From: an uncultured Eubacteriales bacterium
GTDB taxonomy: Bacteria > Acidobacteriota > Aminicenantia > Aminicenantales > Aminicenantaceae
Direction of reading: 5' to 3'
Length of the DNA stretch: 64,000 nt
Assembly: GCA_964584935.1 (NCBI GenBank)
Contig: CAZPBN010000003.1
Coordinates: forward strand, 39,880 to 103,879
The notes beneath the pieces are model-generated. The model did no database searches. It was not told the origin of the DNA and saw only the letters and a program-made list of their open reading frames with translations. Below, one piece after another: positions 49,297 to 57,132 of this stretch (positions are counted from its first letter, which is position 1; each line of letters starts with the position of its first letter). The translations under genes were made by a program, and so were the position numbers.

Positions 49297-49531
49297 TCTC
49301 ATCTTTTACTCCTGAACTTTCCTTCAATTCTTATTTCCCAGTTTATGAAGAAAAAAATGGGGGAAGCTTCATTTGGGGGGAAGGGGGCTTGAAAAGGTGC
49401 CCCCAAAAATTGGTTTCCCACTTTAAGATTTGATTAACTTAATGATTATAAATACATTACGTTAAGACTTGATCAATTTTTGGGGGAACTCCTGTAGTTG
49501 AAGTCCCCTAAATTATGATACAATAAGATAA

Positions 49532-50419
49532 ATGAAGCAGGAATATTCTTTTTTTGAATGGTTCAGTGATAAAAATCGTTTAATTTGTACCGGATCAAAC
49601 TTATTGAAACTGGATAAAATTGCTTCTTTGGTCAAAAGTCTGAACAAATCAAATGTGAAGGTTATGCTTTTGAAAGGGGCTGATTTACTGGAAAACACAT
49701 ATGAAGATATCAGCCAAAGGTCTATGGAGGATATGGATATACTCGTAAAACAAGGAGATCTCGATAAGGCAAGAAAAGTTCTTAGAGAAAACAACTATAG
49801 ATTGCTCTATTCAAATAAATCAAATTCTGAAGTCTACACGCTGGAAACAGAAAAAAATATATTCATTGACCTTCATTGGAGACTTGTTAACAAGAAAAGT
49901 CCTTCCCAACGATATATTTACTCACCCGATGAAACGATTATCTGGCAAAGAGCCGCTCAATTTAAAATTAAACATGTTCCTGTTTATGGAATGTGTCCTG
50001 AGGATCTTCTTGTTTACTTGTGTTTCCATTCTTTAAAAGAACGATTTCTGCAGAAAAAATGGCTCATTGACATAAAACTATTACTGAATAAGCAAGAAAA
50101 CCATATCGATTGGAATCAATTCATAGATATTGCCAGAAATTTTGGTACAGACAAACTGTGTGGTTTAATCCTTGATTATTTGAAAAAATTCTATTCTGTC
50201 AAAGTTCCATCCTGTTTGTTGATAAAATTGAAAAACAAATACCCTTTTTACTTTTTATCAGAACTTATTTTTAGATCCTATTTAAAATTGACAATAATTC
50301 CTAAAGATTTTCTCTGGCTTCTGGCAATGAACAGTAAAAAAAATCAGTTTCTTTTCTTAAAAGGATTACCTCTTTATCTCTGGAAAAAGTGGAGAGGGCA
50401 CATTTTACAAAAATATTGA
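49532..50419 (+). CDS. Uncharacterised nucleotidyltransferase family protein (PF14907-like)
   Basis: VMLLKGADLLENTYEDISQRSMEDMDILV and DLHWRL are typical of this family, which co-occurs with PqqD/HprK-like/B2 genes. Confidence 0.7.
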   Translation: MKQEYSFFEWFSDKNRLICTGSNLLKLDKIASLVKSLNKSNVKVMLLKGADLLENTYEDISQRSMEDMDILVKQGDLDKARKVLRENNYRLLYSNKSNSEVYTLETEKNIFIDLHWRLVNKKSPSQRYIYSPDETIIWQRAAQFKIKHVPVYGMCPEDLLVYLCFHSLKERFLQKKWLIDIKLLLNKQENHIDWNQFIDIARNFGTDKLCGLILDYLKKFYSVKVPSCLLIKLKNKYPFYFLSELIFRSYLKLTIIPKDFLWLLAMNSKKNQFLFLKGLPLYLWKKWRGHILQKY

Positions 50420-50461
50420 TTTGGATGGACTATTTTGAGAGGGCTAAATATTATTATTCAA

Positions 50462-50605
50462 TCAAGTCGGACAGCTATTCAATGCCTGTAAAGTTGAAGA
50501 ACATTCAGCCATTGCATTCCTGCAGGCAAGAAATGCTCTGTTAATCTTTTCGCTCTGCTCAATAGCCGGTTTTTCGTATTTTCTCTTTTTTCCCTGATTT
50601 TTCAT
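50462..50605 (-). CDS. Candidate RiPP precursor peptide (47 aa): MKNQGKKRKYEKPAIEQSEKINRAFLACRNAMAECSSTLQALNSCPT
   Basis: Translated by hand and absent from the ORF track (below 60 aa). GAAGGTG lies 4 nt upstream of the ATG, and TTGACA-17-TAGATT lies upstream. The leader is charged with a YEKPAI motif. The C-terminal third contains 3 Cys and ends in Thr. Confidence 0.55.
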   Translation of the reverse strand: MKNQGKKRKYEKPAIEQSEKINRAFLACRNAMAECSSTLQALNSCPT

Positions 50606-50623
50606 AAAACACCTTCTTTTGTT

Positions 50624-50652
50624 AATCTATATAATTTTCTCCAAAATGTCAA
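50624..50652 (-). promoter_or_regulatory. Putative promoter of the precursor ORF (TTGACA-17-TAGATT)
   Basis: Reverse complements of 50647-50652 and 50624-50629, with a 17-nt spacer. Confidence 0.4.
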
Positions 50653-50718
50653 TATCGATATTATAGTAAAATTTTCTTTTTTCTTATTTTTATCAAAATA
50701 GCAGCTTAAGGGATCCGG

Positions 50719-51396
50719 TTATATTTTATCTGTACTGCACATTAAAATCCCTTCCGGATCCACAAATCTCAAATAAAAACCCCAGCCTCCTGACCCCTGA
50801 AGGACTTTAATTAACACTTTATTCCATCCCTTCTTTAGATTCACCTTGATTTTATCTTGATCAGGGGAAGCTCCTCTATAAATAGCATGAGAATGGACAA
50901 GTTCATCATTTAACCATACACGAACCGCATCATCACTCCCTAGCAACATTTGGGTTTCAAAGGCTTCTGATGAATACACATACACCAATCCATAAGCTAC
51001 AGATTGTTCTTTGACTGGCAGCATATTCGCAAGATCCACATATCCGTTTTCTTCTGATTTCATTCTCTCCCATTTGACTCTCAAGTCATTTTTTCCCTGG
51101 TAGTTCTTAACAAGGGCAATCTCTTTCTCAGGGGGATAGACTTTTCTAAGGAAATCCATATTTGGAGCATCAAAAGATCCTATGATATTCCATTCAGTGA
51201 TAAATCTTCGTGAGGCTGATGTCGAACTCAATCCTATAAAAGCCAAGTTTGACCCGCTAGACTCAGGAACTTTTCCTTCAATCTTCAATAATATGTTATT
51301 TTCACCTTCTTGGAGACTCACTTTCTCCAAGATGAATTTTCCTATTTTTTTATCAGGCGAATATCCATTGAAAATCTTAGTTGGAGATAGGGACAC
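50719..51396 (-). CDS. Hypothetical protein with a jelly-roll / galactose-binding-like C-terminal domain; possibly N-terminally truncated
   Basis: GSDDAVRVWLNDELV and KGWNKVLIKVLQGSGGWGFYLRF resemble accessory beta-sandwich domains of glycoside hydrolases. There is no signal peptide. Confidence 0.5.
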   Translation of the reverse strand: MSLSPTKIFNGYSPDKKIGKFILEKVSLQEGENNILLKIEGKVPESSGSNLAFIGLSSTSASRRFITEWNIIGSFDAPNMDFLRKVYPPEKEIALVKNYQGKNDLRVKWERMKSEENGYVDLANMLPVKEQSVAYGLVYVYSSEAFETQMLLGSDDAVRVWLNDELVHSHAIYRGASPDQDKIKVNLKKGWNKVLIKVLQGSGGWGFYLRFVDPEGILMCSTDKI

Positions 51397-51479
51397 ATAT
51401 TCTATATCATTTATTTCGGAAACTTTAATATTTCAGTATATCGTACATTTATTATATTATGAGATCAGGAATATTGAAT

Positions 51480-52445
51480 TCAATCATAGACATAGTCCAG
51501 CCAGTGTTCATATTTATCTATTTTCCCGGTTAATGTATCCCTGAAGATCTTGTCTATTTTATCTGATATTTCTCCTCTTTTCCCTGAACCAATAATATAT
51601 TCCTTCTTCGGGGAATCTGGATCGGAACCGTCTGTAATTTTTATAATAGGAGTTAATTCAACTGCTGTTCCACAGAAAAACATTTCATCTGCTTCCAGAA
51701 GCTCTTGTTTCTTTATTGGCCCTATCGATGTATTGATTCCCAGGTCTTTTGCAATTTCTAAAAGAGAGGTCCTTGTAATCCCTTCAAGCACGGATTCTGT
51801 TTTATCGTTTGTCTTCAGAACTCCCTCTTTCGCAACCATAATATTTTCTCCCGGACCTTCCGCAATGTTTCCTTCCATATTAAGAAATATGGCTTCATCA
51901 CAATCATTTTTGCGGGCTATGTTTCCACAGATGGTCGACTGAACATAAACACCTCCTAGTTTAGCCGACATATCAATTTGACTGGGATGAACTCTATTCC
52001 AGGGAATGATGTATGCATGAACTCCTTTTTGCGCCTTCTCTCCCAGATAAGCTCCCCACTCCCAAGCAGCAATGACCAATTCCACAGGTGAATCTTTAGG
52101 AATAAGGCCAAGATTCCCATAGGAATAAAACAAAAGAGGCCTTATATAAGCTGAATCAAGCTCATTTTCTCTCATAACAAGTTTAATCGCTTCTGTAATT
52201 TCCTCTCTGCTGTAAGGAACCTCCATATTCAGTATGGATGCTGAGTGAAAAAATCGTTCCACATGTTTTTCCAGACGAAACACAGCCGGTCCCTTAGGCG
52301 TGTTATAAGCTCGAATTCCCTCAAAAACAGAAGTCCCATAATGAAGTGCATGAGTCATAGGATGAAGCACTGGTCGGGACCAGTCATAAAGTTCTCCCAT
52401 AAACCAGTATTTCTTTGCCTTAGGAAAATTTGTATTTTCAAACAT
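51480..52445 (-). CDS. ilvE: Branched-chain amino acid aminotransferase (fold type IV)
   Basis: VFEGIRAY, YIRP, the AKLGGVYVQS region and EGPGENI blocks. Confidence 0.9.
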   Translation of the reverse strand: MFENTNFPKAKKYWFMGELYDWSRPVLHPMTHALHYGTSVFEGIRAYNTPKGPAVFRLEKHVERFFHSASILNMEVPYSREEITEAIKLVMRENELDSAYIRPLLFYSYGNLGLIPKDSPVELVIAAWEWGAYLGEKAQKGVHAYIIPWNRVHPSQIDMSAKLGGVYVQSTICGNIARKNDCDEAIFLNMEGNIAEGPGENIMVAKEGVLKTNDKTESVLEGITRTSLLEIAKDLGINTSIGPIKKQELLEADEMFFCGTAVELTPIIKITDGSDPDSPKKEYIIGSGKRGEISDKIDKIFRDTLTGKIDKYEHWLDYVYD

Positions 52446-52582
52446 TTATACTCCTTCTAATAATTTATTATAGTAAGAGAATTAAGATGTTTTTTCATTT
52501 GCACTGGAAAGACTGGAAATTATTAAACTATCATAAAAAAATTGAAAAAAAAAGATATCTTTTAAAAAATCTGACAATAAAA

Positions 52583-53119
52583 TCATCTTTTCTGTACTCC
52601 ACTCAAGTTTTCCTTAATCTCAAATTTCCAAGAACACCAAACATCAGGAGGATGAGGATCCGGCGGACAGATAAGGCAGGTTGTTCTTATTCTCGGATCT
52701 ATTGTTTGCGCAAAATAACTATACTCGACAATCCCTACTTCTTTGCAGGGAAAATCGGGAAGGTTTTTTCTCTTTCTTGCTTCCTGAACACGGCATTTGT
52801 TCATCCTGAAGACACAATGACGTTCACTTTCCTCTGCAATTTCCTGGACATTAACATGAGCATACAATCTGAATTTGAGCGCTTGAATCAAAGAAGAAAT
52901 TCCGCCTCCGGGTTTCAATCCTAATCTTTTCATTATTCTCCTGGCTTCGATCACTGTGAAACTTTCCCAGGCTTCCCTGTCAAGATCCATGGCGACATCC
53001 ATTCCATACCTTTTTTCTGCCGCCTGAAACCATAAGCCATCATGGGCAAGCCAGTTTTTCGCTGCATCTTTCAACAGCTCATGCAGCTCTTCCTTCGATA
53101 AATCTTTTTTTTCTTTCAT
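52583..53119 (-). CDS. Hypothetical cytosolic protein with a C-terminal Cys cluster (DUF6125-like; family assignment tentative)
   Basis: WLAHDGLWFQ N-terminal block and C-rich segments (CRVQEARK...FPCKE...CLICPP...WCSW). Its start codon abuts the radical SAM gene stop. Confidence 0.55.
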   Translation of the reverse strand: MKEKKDLSKEELHELLKDAAKNWLAHDGLWFQAAEKRYGMDVAMDLDREAWESFTVIEARRIMKRLGLKPGGGISSLIQALKFRLYAHVNVQEIAEESERHCVFRMNKCRVQEARKRKNLPDFPCKEVGIVEYSYFAQTIDPRIRTTCLICPPDPHPPDVWCSWKFEIKENLSGVQKR

Positions 53120-54060
53120 TATACTCTCGGCTCATAATACAATAAGCCTTTGTATTTGACTTCTTTAATTTTTTCATCATGAATCAATATATCAATATAT
53201 TTAATGATTTCATTTTTATGTTTTCCCAGTGAATGAGAAATATCCAAAAGGGTTACAGGTCTTCTTTGAATCAGGGAAATGATGTCTCTTTCAAGATTTT
53301 TGGATTGCGAAGTCTGCTCTTTTCTATGAAATTGAGCAATGATTTCACATTTTTCTCCAAACATCTCCCTGATTTGTTCCATATCTTTTCGAGATAATGG
53401 TTTGGCAAACTCTTCTGCAGGAGGACGGATGACTGTATTGAGTTGTATTTTATTGGGACCAATAGCTGAAGAGGCTTTAATCAATTTTTTTATATGTTGG
53501 GGAGAGTCATTCAATCCTTTAACCAGCATAATTTCAAGCCAGAGCAAAGCTTTATACTTTTTGTTGAAATTGATAAGTCCCTTTATTATCTCATTGATAT
53601 CCAGGGATTTATGTGGCCTGTTGACTTTCAAAAAAATATCCTGGGATGCAGCATCCAAGGAAGGAACCACCAGATCTGCCGGCATCAATGATTGTCTTAC
53701 TGACTCTCTTATAAAAAGAGTGGAATTTGTTAAAACAGCGACAGGAATGGATGTGCTTTTTTTTATCTCTCTTATCATATTTCCCAGATCCAGGTTTAAG
53801 GTTGGTTCTCCGGATCCAGAAAAAGTGATGTAATCAATTTTTTTATCTGAAGAGACAGCCTTTTTCACTTGAGACATGACCGTATCATAAGGAAAAAATT
53901 TTTTTCTTTGTACGGTTTTATTTGTGGTGGGAGATAACTGACAGTAAACACAGTCCAGTGTGCATGTTTTAAATGGAAGAATATCAATTCCTAGAGAATA
54001 ACCCAGTCTTCTGGAAGGAACAGGTCCATAAATATAGATATGATAATCTTTCTCTTTCAA
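53119..54060 (-). CDS. Radical SAM protein (COG0731-like)
   Basis: GPVPSRRLGYSLGIDILPFKTCTLDCVYCQL contains the CxxxCxxC motif in a characteristic N-terminal context. GSGEPTL. Confidence 0.8.
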   Translation of the reverse strand: MKEKDYHIYIYGPVPSRRLGYSLGIDILPFKTCTLDCVYCQLSPTTNKTVQRKKFFPYDTVMSQVKKAVSSDKKIDYITFSGSGEPTLNLDLGNMIREIKKSTSIPVAVLTNSTLFIRESVRQSLMPADLVVPSLDAASQDIFLKVNRPHKSLDINEIIKGLINFNKKYKALLWLEIMLVKGLNDSPQHIKKLIKASSAIGPNKIQLNTVIRPPAEEFAKPLSRKDMEQIREMFGEKCEIIAQFHRKEQTSQSKNLERDIISLIQRRPVTLLDISHSLGKHKNEIIKYIDILIHDEKIKEVKYKGLLYYEPRV

Positions 54061-54139
54061 GTTATTAGTCCTGCATTATTCTTTCCAACAATCATTGAAA
54101 CTTAAAACATCATAGCCCTATATAAACCAACGCCCCATT

Positions 54140-54343
54140 TCACAGCCTGTCTTTATACACTTCAATAAATCTTCTCAGGGAGCGATCATATGTTTGTTCA
54201 ACATCATCAGGGAATAAACAAGCAGGAAGTTCCTTCATACGCCAATGATATTGAATGCATTCGCAACATTTCCCTTTCCGGCTGCAGGGTTCATAGGTAC
54301 AGTTGCAATTATTCAGATTTTCATCAATATTGCATTCTGCCAT
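54140..54343 (-). CDS. Small Cys-rich protein (9 Cys in 67 aa)
   Basis: [44 protein letters not shown]. It lies between the NifU-like and radical SAM genes on the same strand. Confidence 0.6.
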   Translation of the reverse strand: MAECNIDENLNNCNCTYEPCSRKGKCCECIQYHWRMKELPACLFPDDVEQTYDRSLRRFIEVYKDRL

Positions 54344-54367
54344 GGTGACTCCTTATATGAATTATTT

Positions 54368-54847
54368 TTATGTTTTCCGGTAGAATTTTTTCCACAAATT
54401 TTTTCTATGATTCAAGTAATCAGCCAGAGAACGCCTCAAAGTTCCAGACGCAAGCTGGGCACAATGAACATCTGGAGCCGGAAGTCCCCCCAGACGTTTT
54501 AATATTTCTTCTGTATTCACAAGAGCCAGGGCTTCCGTAAATGATTTTCCTTTTGTTATTTCTGTAACCATACTTCCGCAAGCCATCGTTGTTCCGCAGC
54601 CATCTGTCTGAAAAGTACATTGTTCAATCTTGCCGTTTTTGACTTTAACAAACATCTCCATAGTATCCCCACAAGAACCTTTTACAGATGCATAACCGTC
54701 TGCATTATCACATTTCTCAAAATTCCTTGGATTTTGCCAGTGCTCAATGACTGTTTCAGAATACTGTTTTTTTAACTGTTTCATAAGCTGCTCTTGGGTT
54801 TCCTGGACAAAATAATCTATCTCTTTATCTTTATCCATTTTTTTCAT
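54368..54847 (-). CDS. NifU/IscU-like Fe-S cluster scaffold protein
   Basis: GSCGDTMEMF, DGCGTTMACGS and HCAQLA supply the three scaffold cysteines in canonical contexts. Confidence 0.8.
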   Translation of the reverse strand: MKKMDKDKEIDYFVQETQEQLMKQLKKQYSETVIEHWQNPRNFEKCDNADGYASVKGSCGDTMEMFVKVKNGKIEQCTFQTDGCGTTMACGSMVTEITKGKSFTEALALVNTEEILKRLGGLPAPDVHCAQLASGTLRRSLADYLNHRKNLWKKFYRKT

Positions 54848-54980
54848 TTAACCTCTATTGTTGGATGTTAACCCTGAATTCTAAAACATGATTGATATGG
54901 AAATAATTAAAGAACAATTATTATATTAAAAGTTATTATATCAAAAAGAAAGGGTTTAATTAAATCAAATTGTTAAAAAT

Positions 54981-55475
54981 TTAAAATATTTTATGAAAAG
55001 GGATCTCACTCAATAAGAATTCGTTTATTTCCTTTTGTATTGTATCCAAAACAATAAGCCGTGGTTCCTTTCCTTTGTATGAACTAAAGATATGATCCTC
55101 ATCTAATATCATTGGAAATTTGACATCAATGCCAATACAAAATCCTTTTATTCGTTTTTGTGCTACTTTTCTTTTCTGTTCCGAATCAATTAAATCCTTG
55201 CTGCAAACCACAACCCCTAAAATATTTTCCGCCTTATTTTCATTTGTTTTTTCTATAAATCGAAAAAGAGTATTCCGGCATAGTGAGCAATTGAGATAAT
55301 CATAATCCATTATCAAAATACAGATTTTTCCTGCACTATATCCCTGTCTCTTGCTCGAAAAAATATCTGTTTTAAATGGTATTTTTTTTTCTTCTTTCCC
55401 TGAAGATAAAGCAAACAGTGACAAAAAAAGAATAAAAATGATAAAAACTATAATGAATGTTTTGAATCGATTCAT
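54981..55475 (-). CDS. Hypothetical secreted protein (possibly thioredoxin-fold-like)
   Basis: Signal peptide MNRFKTFIIVFIIFILFLSLFALSSG and a CSLC motif. No confident family assignment. Confidence 0.45.
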   Translation of the reverse strand: MNRFKTFIIVFIIFILFLSLFALSSGKEEKKIPFKTDIFSSKRQGYSAGKICILIMDYDYLNCSLCRNTLFRFIEKTNENKAENILGVVVCSKDLIDSEQKRKVAQKRIKGFCIGIDVKFPMILDEDHIFSSYKGKEPRLIVLDTIQKEINEFLLSEIPFHKIF

Positions 55476-55685
55476 GTGGAACCGCCTTTTTGAGATAAAT
55501 CACAGATTAAATAATGAAACTTCTTCTAAAACATAAAAAAGACGGATTGAAAAAAAGAATTTTCTCAAAAAAATAAAACACACAAACTCATCCGAAACAA
55601 ATAGCGGGACTCCTTTATCTATGCTATCCTTCGCGAAGAAAGAAGAGATTCCCAGCAGCGATTCCAATTTGCAAGCAGTGAAGGT

Positions 55686-56273
55686 TCAGTCTTTTCGATA
55701 TTTTTGGATATGGTTTTGGACAGATTTGGGAAAGACTGTCATGAGATCTTCCAGCTTATCGTTATCCAAGTTTTCCCAGTTCCATTCATTCAGCGAAGGT
55801 TTAAATCTATTTTTTCTTTGAATGTAGACAAAATCCAGTGCAGCTTTCTCTGGGTGGGCGAGGGGAATCCGGTTTGCGACCCCGTAGCCGAAAAACAGTT
55901 CTTTTTTAATGTGTAAATAATGGATTTCACCGATATCTGTTTTAAACGTTTTCGTTTTGTTGGTGGTAACACAGCTCAGTATATATGGGGCTTGATCCAG
56001 GATCCCATGCATGAACAGCGCCGATTCCATTGAAATGTAGCTTGGAGGATAGAGAAATCCTGTGATTTCCTCCAGATTCGGCAGGGCGAATGAGTTGGCA
56101 AATAATCCTTTTCCTAGCCGGAAAAGAATTTTTTTCTGCTGCATCCTCTGGACCGCTCTTCGAAGGGCAGAATTGGAAAGCCTGGAAATACGCAGAAGTT
56201 CGGAAAAGTGATAGATTTTTTTCCCTCCTTTGAGGACGGAAAACCAATCTGAAAGCGTAAACGATTCTCTCAT
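55686..56273 (-). CDS. AbiEi-like wHTH antitoxin/regulator
   Basis: FSELLRISRLSNSALRRAVQRMQQKKILFRLGKGLFAN is a wHTH, with the AbiEi-type C-terminal domain. The gene lies adjacent to an AbiEii-like gene. Confidence 0.7.
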   Translation of the reverse strand: MRESFTLSDWFSVLKGGKKIYHFSELLRISRLSNSALRRAVQRMQQKKILFRLGKGLFANSFALPNLEEITGFLYPPSYISMESALFMHGILDQAPYILSCVTTNKTKTFKTDIGEIHYLHIKKELFFGYGVANRIPLAHPEKAALDFVYIQRKNRFKPSLNEWNWENLDNDKLEDLMTVFPKSVQNHIQKYRKD

Positions 56274-56283
56274 CTTACATCCC

Positions 56284-57132
56284 TTATTTATGCACCGGGC
56301 TAAGAACGGCCTTGACAGCAGCCAAAGCTGATTCCCGAATTTCCCTGTATCCCGATACTTCCAGCTGTCTCCGGTATCGCTGAGGGAGAAAAAGCTTCAT
56401 CTCATTTGCAAGCAGTGAAGGTGAGGTGCTGCGGAGTTTTTCCTCCACGACCTCCAAGATTGGCCGCTCTCCGTAATCGTTCAGCTTTTTGACCAAAAGC
56501 TTTCCGTCCCTGGGCGCCTTTAGGACTTTATCGAGATACCAGATGTCAAAGAGATCTCTCCCTTTGAAATAAGGACGGCTGATCACGGCTATTACTTTTT
56601 CGATTAAAAGTTCCTTGGGCGCAGCTCCCATGACGAGCGTTCTCTTATTGAAAAGATCCAAGTCAGATGCAACAGGATAGACCTTGGGTTCGTAGACCGG
56701 ATACCGACCAAATTCAATCTTTAGTCGGAACTTGAGCCGGGATCCTTGCGGGCGGAAGAGATACCAATATGTAAAAACCCTAGGATTAGGCATTTTTCGG
56801 GGCAGCCTCCACTCACTCTCTCCTTGGCCCAGAAGCTGAACCATTCCTTTTTCAACGGATGATCCTGATTTCTCGATGATTTTTTGAGTGAATTCTCGGT
56901 CAATAGAAGATCCTGCAAAATCGAGGTCTTCTGAATACCTATATCCGCCGTGGAGAAGATGGATACACGTTCCCCCCTGAAAACAGATTTGCTGGCTCTC
57001 AGGCAGGGAAAATAAGGAATCGAGCGCCGTAAGGTGCATGATCTCTGCGACGACAGTGCTCAGAGGAAGTCCTTGTTCTGCGGCCCTGTTATGAAGACTA
57101 GACAAGAGATCATCGTTTCCAAATTTATACAT
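56284..57132 (-). CDS. AbiEii/AbiGii-family nucleotidyltransferase toxin (DUF1814)
   Basis: FQGGTCIHLLHGGYRYSEDLDF motif. Confidence 0.8.
   Translation of the reverse strand: MYKFGNDDLLSSLHNRAAEQGLPLSTVVAEIMHLTALDSLFSLPESQQICFQGGTCIHLLHGGYRYSEDLDFAGSSIDREFTQKIIEKSGSSVEKGMVQLLGQGESEWRLPRKMPNPRVFTYWYLFRPQGSRLKFRLKIEFGRYPVYEPKVYPVASDLDLFNKRTLVMGAAPKELLIEKVIAVISRPYFKGRDLFDIWYLDKVLKAPRDGKLLVKKLNDYGERPILEVVEEKLRSTSPSLLANEMKLFLPQRYRRQLEVSGYREIRESALAAVKAVLSPVHK

Noticed and set aside
49104-49433. The 109-aa plus-strand ORF in the RiPP intergenic region.
   Set aside because: It has a TTG start and no RBS. It runs antisense through the structured repeat, and its copy-1 counterpart (4087-4299, minus strand) matches only where the nucleotide blocks are conserved. 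This is most likely an artefact of the repeat.
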